Shown: positions 31,638-43,292, counted from the stretch's first letter. The stretch is 64,000 nt of DNA from Candidatus Bathyarchaeota archaeon (GCA_963714275.1 CAVQNT010000002.1:416001-480000); one strand, 5' to 3'. Numbers and translations are program-made. Notes: generated from the letters alone by a model not told the origin.

Positions 31638-32647
31638 ATGAAACTTCAAAAGGGCAAGATTCCGCCTGAAACCCTAAAAAAAGCCGTATTTCGGTATCTC
31701 GGCGCAAAAAATTCAGATGTAATCTTAGGACCAGCTCTAGGAGTAGATGGCGCATTAGTAAAAGTAGGCGACAAGGTTCTCATTTCCTCCATGGACCCCA
31801 TAACAGGCGCTGAACAAAAAATAGGCTGGCTCGCAGTAAATGTAAACGCCAACGATGTCGCAACCTTCGGCGTTCAACCCGCATTCTTCACATCGTGCCT
31901 TCTAATGCCCGAAAAATCGTCTGAAAAGACAGTTGAAAAGATCTGCCGGCAAATCGATTCAGCAGCAAAAAAGTCTCGGAATAGCCATCATAGGCGGACA
32001 CTCAGAAGTCACGCCAGAACTAAACAGACCAGTGGTCGTTGGCTGCGCCATGGCAGTAGCTGAACCAGGAAAATACGTAACTTCAGGCGGTTCAAAATCT
32101 GGAGACAAACTGATCCTTACAAAAGGAACGGGCATAGAAGGAACAGTCTGTCCTCGCCACAGAAAAATACAGGACGCTCAAAAAACAAATGGACGTCTCT
32201 CTCCTAAACTCAGCTAAGGACTTCTACGACCAAATCAGCGTAGTCAAAGAGGCAGTTTTAGCCTACAATTTCGGCGGAGTCACAGCCATGCACGACCCAA
32301 CCGAAGGCGGAGTAGCTGGCGGAATCCACGAGATGGCTGACGCAGCTAGTCTAGGTGTAAAAATATTCAAAAACCAAATCTATGTTTCTCCTGAGACCAA
32401 AGAGATATGCAGCTTCTTCAAAATTGATCCTCTGCAGCTCATCAGTTCAGGAGCCCTCCTCATCTCAGCAGACCCGAAATCCGCGGAAGGAATAATCCGA
32501 AAGCTAGCAAACAACGGCATCAAAGCCGCAGTAATCGGCGAGTTCACAAAAGACCCGTCGAACCGCGTTCTCGTCCACGACGACGGAAACACAGAAAACC
32601 TCGTGAGACCAATAAGCGACCACCTCTGGTCAGCCCTGGAAAACTAA
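31638..32647 (+). CDS. AIR synthase/HypE-related (PurM-like) protein, frameshifted
   Basis: DPITGA, VNANDVA, GGHSEVT, MHDPTEGG, ISSGALL. Confidence 0.88.
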
Positions 32648-32714
32648 GTTTTTTCGGTTCAAAACGTTACGATAGGTTTCTCAGCAAGCCCAACACTCGT
32701 TCATTGAAGGCTGT

Positions 32715-33425
32715 ATGCGATACTGCATAAAATGTGGAATGCGGCTGCCTGAGGATGCGATAGCCCAATTCTGCCCAAACTGCGGGGCTACTTTAGCTGT
32801 GCAGCTGCCATACGAGAGACCCCGCGGACCAGTCATGGAACTCCGCAGAGGGTCGAAGATTGCCACATTTAAGACCCGCATCCTAGTGTTGCTGATGGCA
32901 TTTGTTCTCTGTTTAGCCATAACCGCGTCGGGAGCCATGTCCAACATTGGGGCTTCGGAGGCTCAAGACATAGTGGGACAGTTCGACAAGATAGACGAAC
33001 TGCTGAGCGCCGTCGGACTCCAGTTCATCTACGGAAACAACCTAATGTACTGCGTAATGATGTTCGCGCCAGTCCTGGGACCGTATTACGGCTCCATCGT
33101 TCTTTACTCAACAGGAAGGGTCCTTGCCGCTTTAGGCGTTACTACTGGGGTTGATCCTTTAGGACTGTTCATAACATTGTTCATTTACCCGCACGCTTGG
33201 CTGGAGTACCTGTCGTACAGCTTAGCCATTTCCGAAAGCTTCTGGCTCATCTACGCCACCGCCAAATTCAGAGGCAGGGGACTTCGGAACGAGCTGTCTA
33301 CGGCAGCCAAAATCATGGCAATCTGTACCGTGCTGCTGCTGTTAGCGGCGTTCGCTGAAATGTACGTAATAACCCTTGTGTCCACGCGAGTTGGTTACTT
33401 CATTTCTTCCCTGAAGATTTCGTGA
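32715..33425 (+). CDS. Zn-ribbon plus SpoIIM-like (DUF95) membrane protein
   Basis: YCIKCG..FCPNCG; IYGNN, PHAWLE, AAFAE. Confidence 0.8.
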   Translation: MRYCIKCGMRLPEDAIAQFCPNCGATLAVQLPYERPRGPVMELRRGSKIATFKTRILVLLMAFVLCLAITASGAMSNIGASEAQDIVGQFDKIDELLSAVGLQFIYGNNLMYCVMMFAPVLGPYYGSIVLYSTGRVLAALGVTTGVDPLGLFITLFIYPHAWLEYLSYSLAISESFWLIYATAKFRGRGLRNELSTAAKIMAICTVLLLLAAFAEMYVITLVSTRVGYFISSLKIS

Positions 33426-33866
33426 AGCTCCCTCTTTTCGCATTCCAAGTTTCTCTGAAAGTTCTCTCACCCACCTCGTGTAGAACCGAAAAGCGGTGCA
33501 TAATATGTTAATCTTTTCTTGATCAGACAATTTTTCTTCTTCGACTAATAATAGCGCAAACCATCTTCCGAGGTCAGTTAAGGTGTAGTATTTTACCCAA
33601 ACCGTCCTTCCCGATGCCTCGTTTTTCTCCATGTGGTCATCCAGTATTCTAAGGTCCGTCAACGATTTCAGATGCTCTATGACGGTTTTGTTGGAGTAAC
33701 CAAGCGTCGCAATCAACTCTTTCTGAAATATTTTTTCAGAAACGCCCTGCCTCAACGCAAACTTCAGAACGTCAACAGGAACATCGGACTCGAAAATTGC
33801 CCCAAAAACCTTCTCCTTCTTTCCTTTTGGAAGAAAAATCACGTAAGGATAAAGCCGTTCACCCAT
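33395..33866 (-). CDS. Winged-helix transcriptional regulator (frameshift near 33430)
   Basis: QKELI..LGYSNKTVIEHL, YTLTDLGRW. Confidence 0.78.
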
Positions 33867-33978
33867 GATGTTCTGCCACCTTAGCTAAGTTAATTGTGGT
33901 GACGGAATTATCGTTTATGGTCGGCGAGAACAGTTCTGTAACAGTAAAGACTTTTTTAACGTTGTGTAATAGATTACA

Positions 33979-35166
33979 TTGGATTTCAAAGTGCTACACT
34001 CGGTTCATCTAACAACCAGAAAAATAGCGTTGATCGCCATTTTCTCCGCTCTTTACTACGTCATGTCCTTCATGCCAGGAATCAAAATTGCCACAGGAGC
34101 AGTGAACACCTCCATCCAAATAGAAGCCTTCATGGCATCCGTCTTCGGACTGATCTTGGGACCATACATAGGCGCAATAACAGCCTTCATGGGAGCACTA
34201 TTAGCTTGGCTGCTGCCCCCAGGAATCCCAAGCCTGACAAGCGCAATTTTCCTGCCATCTCCCATAATAAACGCCTTCACGGTTGGCTTAATCTACAGAG
34301 GAAAATGGAAACCAGCATTTGTGACGCTTGCTGCCGTAATCTTGGCTTTTTGGATTCTTCCAGCAACTCAGCCGTGGACCGAATATTCTTATGTCGGATT
34401 TTTCGTCATGTGGGACAAAATCGGCGCATTGCTCCTAATTCCTCCCTCAGCCATACTTCTAAAAAAGGCAACAAAAAATAAAACAAATATTGAACCAATC
34501 TCCAATTTGCAAGCAAAGAAACAAACAATTAACGTTTCTTTCGTCCTCATTGTTGCTTCAGCAGTCTCTATTCTGGTCAACGCTTGGACAGTTGCGACAA
34601 GCGGAAATCCGAAGTACCAGTTCGACATTCTGGGGATGACGTTTAAAATGAGTTTGGTTTCTAAGGAAATGCTGCCCATAGTTTCATCCATCGGCTACGG
34701 ATGGCTTTCGTTAGGCATCGGCATACTAGTCTGCAGCATCCTTCTCCGGGTGAGACCGAAAGAACGGAAAGTTTGGAGTACCATAATATTCTTGTTGTCG
34801 TGCATAAGCACAGTCATCGGCGGAGGCTACGTTGTCGGGCTGTTTCTCGGTATCTTAGGCAGCATGTTTGAAAACTTAACAAAAAAGCTGTCCCTTTCTA
34901 AGCGAGCCTTCTTCGGAGACATGATGTTATTTTTCATATTGGCGTATGTCGGCAACGAGGCTGATGGCGCCTTAGGCAGCTTAATATTTGGGCTTCCGCC
35001 AGTTTACGAAGGACTTTTCCTAATGAACATAGATGCTCTCCGCCTATCCTTCATCGTTGCGCCTTTGTTCTATTTTGCGGTAAGATTACTCCAAGCAGTG
35101 ATCACGGCTCTAATAGCAACACCGTTACTTAGGAACCTCAAATCATCAGGATTCAACATAAGATGA
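33979..35166 (+). CDS. Polytopic membrane protein, ECF S-component-like with an internal extra membrane module
   Basis: KIALIAIFSALY, GLILGPYIG N-terminus; R..QAVITALIATPL C-terminus; central GGGYVVGLFLGILG segment. Confidence 0.6.
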   Translation: MDFKVLHSVHLTTRKIALIAIFSALYYVMSFMPGIKIATGAVNTSIQIEAFMASVFGLILGPYIGAITAFMGALLAWLLPPGIPSLTSAIFLPSPIINAFTVGLIYRGKWKPAFVTLAAVILAFWILPATQPWTEYSYVGFFVMWDKIGALLLIPPSAILLKKATKNKTNIEPISNLQAKKQTINVSFVLIVASAVSILVNAWTVATSGNPKYQFDILGMTFKMSLVSKEMLPIVSSIGYGWLSLGIGILVCSILLRVRPKERKVWSTIIFLLSCISTVIGGGYVVGLFLGILGSMFENLTKKLSLSKRAFFGDMMLFFILAYVGNEADGALGSLIFGLPPVYEGLFLMNIDALRLSFIVAPLFYFAVRLLQAVITALIATPLLRNLKSSGFNIR

Positions 35167-36056
35167 CAGTAAAATCTTATATAAAAAAAACCGTTTTATG
35201 CAAAACATGGACATTTCAAACATTGCGAAAAGATTGTTCATCGTTTCTTTGGGATAAATTTTTTTGACTGATTATCTTGTTGTTTTTTTGCGAATTCCTC
35301 GACTCCAGTTTCACTATATCAAGCGAGGTCTCTTTGTTGCTGAAGGTTATGACCAGCAGTTTTCCCTCGTTTCGCGCAACCACCCATCCCCTTCGCCTTC
35401 GATAACTAACGTTTTTACAGGTTGATTTTGCCATGCTTGCTTGCTTAGCTAGCTGAGCTAACTGAATAGAAGTTTACATTTTCACTTTCAACCTGTTTTT
35501 TTGAACACTTTGTATAATCGCAGTGTCATATTCATAGCAAGTGAGCTTCATTCTCTATTCGAGTTGAAATTGAAAATTAGCTTGACCCAACCAAAAGTCA
35601 TGTGCCTAATAGTCATATGCAGTGCAGGAATCTCCGACGAAGGCAAAAAGGAACTGGAACAAACCATTGTGTCACTAAAAAATGGAAAACGGGGAAATCA
35701 GCCGTGTGACGTTGATGGAAGACCAGAGAGACAAGCACTGAAACAAGCCTATGACTTTGTGAAGTCACCGTAATAGTCTGTTCTTTCGGGTAGTGAAAAA
35801 ATGGACAACATTGGCATCGTTAACCTAAACGAACTTGAGTGGGCGAAGCCATGGGACTGCTGGAGATACTGCTCAGCGACGGATGGGAAATAATAGTCAT
35901 CAAAGCCTTGCCAGACGGAGTTTGGGCTCTCGTCCAAGAACGCATACTCGAATTGATAGATGAGAAAATTAACTAGAAAAATTCTTTTTGACCCCCATTA
36001 TCTCAGAGTTCGGGAAATTGGGAAAGGTTAAAATGCTCTACATTATCATTTAAAAC

Positions 36057-36440
36057 TTGAGCGTTATGGAAAACAAGAAATACCGCAAGTTTCTGGAAAA
36101 GCAGGCTGAAAAGAATCCAGTGAACATAGAAGATTCAACAGGCGGTAGAGGTTTTAAAATTACTTGGGACAACATTCACGAGGAACCTGTTCGGAGCGGT
36201 TCATCCGACATTCTTGATTCTCTTTACCTTGGAAAAAACATGGAAGAAAACGTGACCGTGGAACGCAAGGTCGCTGGATTGATCAGAGACCGTCTTAAAG
36301 GGCTTGAGGAAGAAAACCTTCGACTACGCAAACACATAACTTCATTTAAGATATTGATGTTCGCTCTTGGAATAAGTTTTCTATTCGTTTTAGCCATCCT
36401 CATCAGCCTTCTCTTCCCCCAGTTCAGAATAATGTTGTAG
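36057..36440 (+). CDS. Hypothetical protein, coiled coil plus C-terminal TM
   Basis: First gene of the MoxR-vWA operon; hydrophobic tail. Confidence 0.7.
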   Translation: MSVMENKKYRKFLEKQAEKNPVNIEDSTGGRGFKITWDNIHEEPVRSGSSDILDSLYLGKNMEENVTVERKVAGLIRDRLKGLEEENLRLRKHITSFKILMFALGISFLFVLAILISLLFPQFRIML

Positions 36441-36450
36441 GTGACAAAAT

Positions 36451-37680
36451 TTGAGCCTCCAAAACACGATTAAACAGCTCGAAAAAGAGATTAATTTAAG
36501 GTTCGTAGGCAATGAAGAAGCAATCCGAATGATGATTCTGAACCAGATTCATCCCCGTTCAACAACCCTCATCCGCGCAGGCAGAGGAGTCGGAAAATCC
36601 ACCCTAATGCTTCTATTGCTTAAAGGCATGTGCGGAGATGACCTAGTCGTTGTCTCGGGAGCTTCAGAAGTTAAAAGAGGCGAAGTTGTGGGACGGCTGC
36701 ACATCCCTTCACTTGAAAAAGAAGGGGTCGAAAAGGTCCTCTGGGCAGCCTTCACACAAAGTAGGGGAAAAGCCTTAGACGAGGTTAACAGACTTAATCC
36801 TTACACAACAGCCAACATCCATCACCTGATGCAGTTCGGCGAGGTCTGGGCTTACGGAAAAAGGGCAAAGGTTGCGGACTACGCCTTAGTGGCAAACGAG
36901 AATCCCATGGATGCCACTTCGTTTATTCATCCGCCGCCTTTTTACGATCGGTTCGACATATGCCTTTTCCTCCGGTCATTAACCCTGAGCGAAAAATTTC
37001 AGCTTCAGGAGCTTCTGGAAAAATATGATTGGGACCTCATCAATTCGATGCCTCAAGTTTTTTCATTCAACGAACTCGAGGCGGTCAGAAAAGAAGTCAC
37101 CGCCGTGGAGCTCGACCCAAGTCTGATTGGCTACATCAACCTTCTGGTCAGAGATTTTCAAGCGTGCGTTCGCGACAAGGAGGAGTCTGAAATTAAGCCG
37201 CCCGCTCTTTGCGAAGGCTGTCACTTCATCCGCGACATATGCGGCACGATTAAGGAGCCACTTAGCGAACGGGCTACGGTAGCTTTAACCCACCTCATCA
37301 AGGCTACCCAATGGCTGAACGGAAAATGTGAGCTTGAGGACGTACTTCGCATGGCTTTGCTGGTGTTTCCTCACAGGTTGACCCTTGTACGAACTAGAAA
37401 CATCCTCAACGACATGGTTGAGATTCTTGAAAGGGAAAGAATCAAGATGGCTGACAGGAACGCGAGGAAACAGTGGCCACTTTTAAACGAATTGTTGAAG
37501 GACTTTAACCGTTCGGTCTATGGGCTGGCAAGAGAAGCCGCCATAGAGGATGTTGCGTTTTCTGAGGAGCTGATTCGCCTTGAAGACCAGTGGGTCAACG
37601 AGGGGCGATTGAAACGGGATGATACACTTTCTACGCAGATGGGTTGGAGACGTCCATCTTACCAAGGTGTCCCGTTCTAA
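36451..37680 (+). CDS. MoxR-family AAA+ ATPase
   Basis: Walker A AGRGVGKS, LDEVNR, ANENP, DRFD, S.RA, PHRL. Confidence 0.88.
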   Translation: MSLQNTIKQLEKEINLRFVGNEEAIRMMILNQIHPRSTTLIRAGRGVGKSTLMLLLLKGMCGDDLVVVSGASEVKRGEVVGRLHIPSLEKEGVEKVLWAAFTQSRGKALDEVNRLNPYTTANIHHLMQFGEVWAYGKRAKVADYALVANENPMDATSFIHPPPFYDRFDICLFLRSLTLSEKFQLQELLEKYDWDLINSMPQVFSFNELEAVRKEVTAVELDPSLIGYINLLVRDFQACVRDKEESEIKPPALCEGCHFIRDICGTIKEPLSERATVALTHLIKATQWLNGKCELEDVLRMALLVFPHRLTLVRTRNILNDMVEILERERIKMADRNARKQWPLLNELLKDFNRSVYGLAREAAIEDVAFSEELIRLEDQWVNEGRLKRDDTLSTQMGWRRPSYQGVPF

Positions 37681-39460
37681 ATGAAGGAAAAAGAAATCGA
37701 CATAATGAGCCTGTTCAACCAGGCGTGGATCGAGATGTATTGCCCACCTGTGAGGCTCACGCTTAAAGAAAAGAACGAAAAAGAAACGAAGTTCTCTGCG
37801 GTGAACGGAGCGGTTTACCTTAAACCCGACATTGTTCCGCAAGGAGCTGATCCCAACGAGTATTTGCTTTGGTTTTTCCGCCATGAGCTGTCACACGTTC
37901 ATCATTGCCCGTACGACATTAAGACGGCTTACAGTCTAGAACAAGCAGCCTACGAGATTATTCAGGATTGGGACCTTTCCTATTTAGCCACTCACATTTT
38001 CTCGAATGTGCAAGTCGACATCAACTATTTGCCCAGAAGATTCGGAGAACTTCCCTATTTCGCTCGTGTAATCGGCAAAAGACAACAATCCCTCGTTGAA
38101 CTGATCATGGATGAAATTTACATTTGGGTAAACCCCACAGTTAAATCAGAAAACAGGGAAATCGCAGAAGTCGCAAAGGAAATCTTAATCATCAGACTCG
38201 CTTGAAAGAACATGGCATGCTAAGGTTCAGATGATTGCCCACATTCTTGGTAGGTTAATGGCGAGAAACTCGAAACTTTTCTCCGGAAAAAACGTAAAGA
38301 AGTTTGTTGAGGGAAACCCGCTTCTTGTGCGTGAAGACTTTCTTCACTCCTCGATAGACAGGTTCACGGAAACTTACGGGTCAATTTCAGACGAGGCAGC
38401 AGCAAAATCGTTCTATAAACAATGGATGAAGCCGCGTCTTTCAGATGAAGAAATAAATAAAGTCAAGGAGTTAATCGAGGAGAAACTGAAAACACATGTC
38501 AGTAAAGAAGGAAAGGAAGACAAGAAAAAGGAAGAAGCCTTTGTAGACAAACATCATTATGGAGAGACCATTCAACGCGAAGTTCCGATCTCCGACAAGA
38601 ATCCCTCAATCGACACGTTCGGAAGCGAACCCCGCCTGTCAACTTCAATTTCAAGACCCTATACGAAAATAAAATCCGAAATCCTAGACCAAATGCTGTG
38701 GAAAAGATTCTGGTACAAGTCAAGAGCCCAACAAACATTAATCCAGTACCTGTCAGCAAGCCGAAGCCGCCGTCCCGTGTGGGCGGTTATGAGATACCCT
38801 GACGAATGGTACATCGAAGACGAAATCGAGGACCTAGACATCGAAACCAGCATGGACGAAGGACCCCTCATACCGGAAGTTACAACCCTTAAATGGGTCG
38901 AAGAACCAACCCCCCACGGCCAGTCTCTAGCTAGCGGATATGTCCCATCAGCAGTCGTGGTTCTCGACGTTAGTCTCAGCATGACCAACGTTCGAAACGA
39001 GGCAGCGGTTTCCGCTTTCATTGCCTATTTAAGTGCCCGCAAGGCTGGGGGCCAAACAGCCACCGTCGCCTTTTCAACAGGATACGTGTCTGCAGACTGG
39101 GATACGTCTGAAGAAATGAAGGAACTTTCGCTTGCGATGGAGTTCGGCGAGTTCACCGTTTTTCCGACTCCTGAAGTTTCAAAGATTGTCTCAGCCAATA
39201 TGGGACCATGCTTTATTGTCATCATCACCGACGGCGGGTGGCAGAACGTTGAGGAAGCGGTCCCTGCGCTTGAACGAATAGCTGACTCAGGCCACAAAAT
39301 AGTTATTTTCCTCCTTAAAGGCAGAGAATACCCTGACAGGATCGAACTCATTAAACACACTCCAGACTTGAGACTTTTCACTCTTAAGGACCCGGAAGTC
39401 GACTTGCAGGGGTTGATCCTTTCCGAAAGCATGAAGACTTACAAATCTTTTCTGACGTAA
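37681..39460 (+). CDS. HExxH metallopeptidase-like plus vWA domain protein (frameshift near 38195)
   Basis: HELSH in the N-terminal part; MIDAS DVSLSM...T...ITDG in the C-terminal part. Confidence 0.8.
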
Positions 39461-39540
39461 ATGCTTGTTTTCTCTTTCTGTCCAGATAACTTGCTAATTC
39501 TTTCTTTATTCGGTGTCAGCATGAATCGCTTCTTTATTTC

Positions 39541-41757
39541 CTAATCTTGTTCCAAGAACTCAATTGGTCTCGGCGGTGTTGGGCTTAATCCTCTTCGAGT
39601 TCGGATTTGACTTATTATTTCCATCTGCATGGAGTCTGGAACAGGCGCCCATCGGCTGAACTGTGTTGCCCAGAAAGCTCTGCCTTGGGTTGAGGATCGT
39701 AGTTCATCCGATATTCCGAAGGATTCGGCTACTGGAATTTCGGCTTTGATGATCATCATGTCTTCTTCGTGAATCATGTCTAGGAGCTTGCCACGCCGTT
39801 TCTGAACTATTGTTATGACTGGACTTACGAAATCATTCGGAACCTTGCATTCAAAGCTCAAAATTGGTTCCAGAAGCCGCGGATTGCACATAAGGAAACA
39901 TCCCCATATTGGACGCCAAGTCATGGGCAATATCTGTGCAGGACCTCTATGAACTGGGTCTTCGTGAACAGAAATATCCTCCAAGTTCACTTTTAAACCG
40001 AAAGCTGGCTCCTTTGCTAAGACCGATTCATGAACAGCTTCTCGGAAGCCCGACTTTACGTGGTCAAGGACTTCCTCGACGTACTGTTTTCCCTTTATCC
40101 TGTTAACAAGGACATTTATGCCCTCTATTGAGATGACGTTGCGAGCGTCGTCTGTTACCCAGCCAAAGGCTCGAAGCATTGTCTGTCTTTCGTCACGTTT
40201 TTGCATCTCTGAAATTTTGCCTTCTCTTAACGCTTCGGTGACCTTGTCTGAAAGCTTCTCAACAGTTATCCACAGCTTGTTATGTTTGTTTGGGCTTTTG
40301 CCCATCACTGAGGAACCATTGTAATTTTGGCTGATTGTTTCACGGTAAATGACAATGGGCTTACTTAGTCGAGCCTTCAATCCCGCTTCCTGCATACGGT
40401 AAGCCGTAATCTCAAGATGCAGCTCACCCATGCCACTTAGCAGGTATTCTCCGCTTTCCTTGTTTATCACGAAGTGCAGGTTTGGGTCTTCAAGCGTTAG
40501 CTTATGCATAACCTTGTCGAAAAGCGGCAGGTCCGTAACGTCCTCAGGTTCCACAGCGACAGTGACAACTGGGTCAGAAACATACTTTAACGCCTCAAAA
40601 GGTTGCGTTTCAAAGCCTTCTTCTGCGACTGTTTCTCCAACATGGATTGACGGTAATCCAGAAATAGCTGCAATGTTCCCAGCTGGAATCTTGTCCACGA
40701 TGACTCGGTCAGTAGCCATGGTCATGTAGACCTGCTGAATTGTGCCTGACTGTCGACTTGAAATTAGTCGAACAGTCTTCCCTTTTTCGACTGAACCGCT
40801 GAAAATTCGCCCGATGGCAACTACTCCGCTGTGGGGATCAACCTCAATCGTGGTTATGCACATAAGAAGCGGACCATTAGGGTCAACCTTTGCCATAGCT
40901 GCAGCTACTGGACTTTTCAAATCACCCGGCCAAATCTGGCTCTGCCTGAATGGCTGCGCCTCCAGCGGATTGGGCAGGTGCTCGCAGAACATGTCCAATA
41001 CTGGTTCCCACAATGGCACTTTCTTGCTTAAGGCGTCAACCTTCTTTCCTACGTCCTCGGGTTCTCCGGAGTATGCGTCTATGACTTCCTTGAAGGTCAG
41101 ACCCTTCGCCTTCATGTAGGGTAAATTGAACCCCCATTTGTGAAGGGCTGATCCGAAAGCGACCCGTCCGTCTTCAATCTTGACCTGCCAGTCTTTCTTG
41201 TGTTCTGGCGGTGCATACCTTTCGATCAGGGTGTTTACTCTGACAATGATTTTTGCGAACCTGTTCTGCATGTCTTCGGGTGTTAGCTTGATTTCTTTTA
41301 TGAGCCTGTCAACCTTGTTTACGAACAGTAGCGGCTTAACCCTTTCTCGTAACGCCTGCATCAAAACAGTTTCAGTCTGAGTCATGGGACCCTCAACGGC
41401 GTCGACAACAACAAGCGCACCGTCCGCAGCTCGAAGGCTTCTCGTGACTGCCCCGCTGAAGTCTATGTGTCCGGGGGTGTCGATCAAGTTAATGAGGTAA
41501 TCCTCGTTCTTGAAGTTGTGGGTTAAGCTGATGTTCGAAGCGAAAACCGTCATCTGTCTTTTTTGTTCAAGCTCCCAAGAGTCGAGGAACAGCTTTTGCC
41601 CAGCACTCTGTTCGCTTATTATGCCCGCTGCTGCCAGGAGGCTGTCTGAAAGCGTGGTTTTACCATGGTCCACGTGAGCGATAATGCTGGTGTTCCTTAT
41701 CCTGAGTGGCTTGCTCATCAGTTTAACGATGTCTTCGATCTGCTTGTAACGTCCCAT
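39541..41757 (-). CDS. fusA: Elongation factor 2
   Basis: AHVDHGKTT, DTPGH, NKVD, diphthamide loop HEDPVHRGPAQ. Confidence 0.95.
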   Translation of the reverse strand: MGRYKQIEDIVKLMSKPLRIRNTSIIAHVDHGKTTLSDSLLAAAGIISEQSAGQKLFLDSWELEQKRQMTVFASNISLTHNFKNEDYLINLIDTPGHIDFSGAVTRSLRAADGALVVVDAVEGPMTQTETVLMQALRERVKPLLFVNKVDRLIKEIKLTPEDMQNRFAKIIVRVNTLIERYAPPEHKKDWQVKIEDGRVAFGSALHKWGFNLPYMKAKGLTFKEVIDAYSGEPEDVGKKVDALSKKVPLWEPVLDMFCEHLPNPLEAQPFRQSQIWPGDLKSPVAAAMAKVDPNGPLLMCITTIEVDPHSGVVAIGRIFSGSVEKGKTVRLISSRQSGTIQQVYMTMATDRVIVDKIPAGNIAAISGLPSIHVGETVAEEGFETQPFEALKYVSDPVVTVAVEPEDVTDLPLFDKVMHKLTLEDPNLHFVINKESGEYLLSGMGELHLEITAYRMQEAGLKARLSKPIVIYRETISQNYNGSSVMGKSPNKHNKLWITVEKLSDKVTEALREGKISEMQKRDERQTMLRAFGWVTDDARNVISIEGINVLVNRIKGKQYVEEVLDHVKSGFREAVHESVLAKEPAFGLKVNLEDISVHEDPVHRGPAQILPMTWRPIWGCFLMCNPRLLEPILSFECKVPNDFVSPVITIVQKRRGKLLDMIHEEDMMIIKAEIPVAESFGISDELRSSTQGRAFWATQFSRWAPVPDSMQMEIISQIRTRRGLSPTPPRPIEFLEQD

Positions 41758-41870
41758 AACTTATTTCACCATTATGATCGAGTAAATTGTTTGTTTTTAA
41801 GTTCCATTTTTTGGTATTATTTAATACTTCTACGCCAAGGTAGTAAGTTAACGAACGTGAGAAACCGATC

Positions 41871-42687
41871 CTATTTAACTTTTCGTTCCCGACCGTCAAG
41901 TAAAGGTCTGTAAAGGTCCACCCTTCGGTCAGCCCAAAGGTCGTTTCGCTCTGAGATTTTTTTAGAGTCTGCCTCCTTCGGGTCAACCTCGACAATCCGC
42001 ACCTCTTCACGGTTCTTTGAGTCTTACTGCAAGAGTTTTCATGTCTGGGCTTACTATCTGACTCATTCCCGTAAACCTTACACCATGTTCAGTTCCAACT
42101 CTATTCGCGGTTATGACGAAAACCCTGTTCTGAACAGCAACCCCCAAAAGAGTTCGTTGACAGAAAGGCAAAACAAGGTTTGATGGGTGACAAACAATCT
42201 GGGCGCCTTTCAAAGCTAATATACGTAAAACCTCGGGAAAGAACCAGTCAAAGCAAATCATGACTCCGATCCTCGCTTTAGGCGTGTCATAAACGGAAAT
42301 TGGTCCGTCTCCGCTTGTAAACCAAAGCTTTTCCTTGTCGAAAAGGTGTGGCTTCCTATAGACGGAGATGAACCCATCTGGTCCAGCAAGTATAGATGAA
42401 TTAAAGTATTTGTTTTCCTTTTTTTCGCATAATCCAACAACAACACAAAGGTTGCGTTCCCCAGCAAATGAAACAAGGGCTTGCGTAGTTTCCCCCTCAG
42501 GAACCTCCTCAGACAAAGCCCGCACTTCCGCTTGGGACGTAAACACGTAACCAGTGTTACACAGTTCAGGGAGGACAAGTAAGTCTGCATTTTTGTCTGC
42601 TCCTTCGTTCAAAAATCCAAGAATTCTCTTAAGGTTCTTTTGTTTCTTGCCAAATAATGGTCTGAATTGAACGTATCCTATTTTCAT
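41871..42687 (-). CDS. Nitrilase/carbon-nitrogen hydrolase (frameshift near 42025)
   Basis: PEL, YRK.HL, ICFDW.FPE triad; tail continues in another frame to the stop at 41871. Confidence 0.9.
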
Positions 42688-42791
42688 GTGCGGTCATCCT
42701 GCATGAATTATTTTCCCGAAATTTGCATTTTTCGGTCACGGACTTTCACAATCTCCAGAAAGGTTGAAATAACTCGGTCATCTGTATTCAC

Positions 42792-43292
42792 ATGAGTATA
42801 ATGAGCCGAGAAGATTTTCGAGCCAGCCTTGAAAAAAGTAAAAGCTACAGCGACCTTTTCGTTATTGTAAAGAGAGCTGTGAAGAAGGTTCTAGGTCGAA
42901 ACAGGTCTGGTCTACTGCTTTATCTAAGCGACTTGCCTCTCGGCATAGGCGCATTTCATTCAGTCGGCACAAATGGCATAGTCCTGAACAGAAAGATTCT
43001 GGAGGTAGCTTCAAGGTCTGCGAAGACAGATGCTGAGATGAACTCCTTCATTTTCTCGCTTTTGTTGCATGAGTACCTTCATTCTTTAGGCTACTTGGAC
43101 GAGGGCGAAGTCAGAAGACTGGTCTACAACATCAGCTTGGAAGTTTTCGGCAAAGATCATCCAACTGTCACGATGTCTTTAGAGTCGCCTTTAACGAAGG
43201 TTCTGCCACAAGACATGCATGAGAAAGGCGAAAGCCCAATCTTGGAATTGGTCAGAGACTTCGAAAAGCCCGATCAACCATACATTGCCTAA
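42792..43292 (+). CDS. Small HExxH zincin-like hypothetical protein
   Basis: LLHEYLHSLG. Confidence 0.75.
   Translation: MSIMSREDFRASLEKSKSYSDLFVIVKRAVKKVLGRNRSGLLLYLSDLPLGIGAFHSVGTNGIVLNRKILEVASRSAKTDAEMNSFIFSLLLHEYLHSLGYLDEGEVRRLVYNISLEVFGKDHPTVTMSLESPLTKVLPQDMHEKGESPILELVRDFEKPDQPYIA

Noticed and set aside
33867-33978. Riboswitch upstream of the ECF-like gene
   Set aside because: No TPP, FMN or cobalamin consensus; reads as a short divergent promoter region
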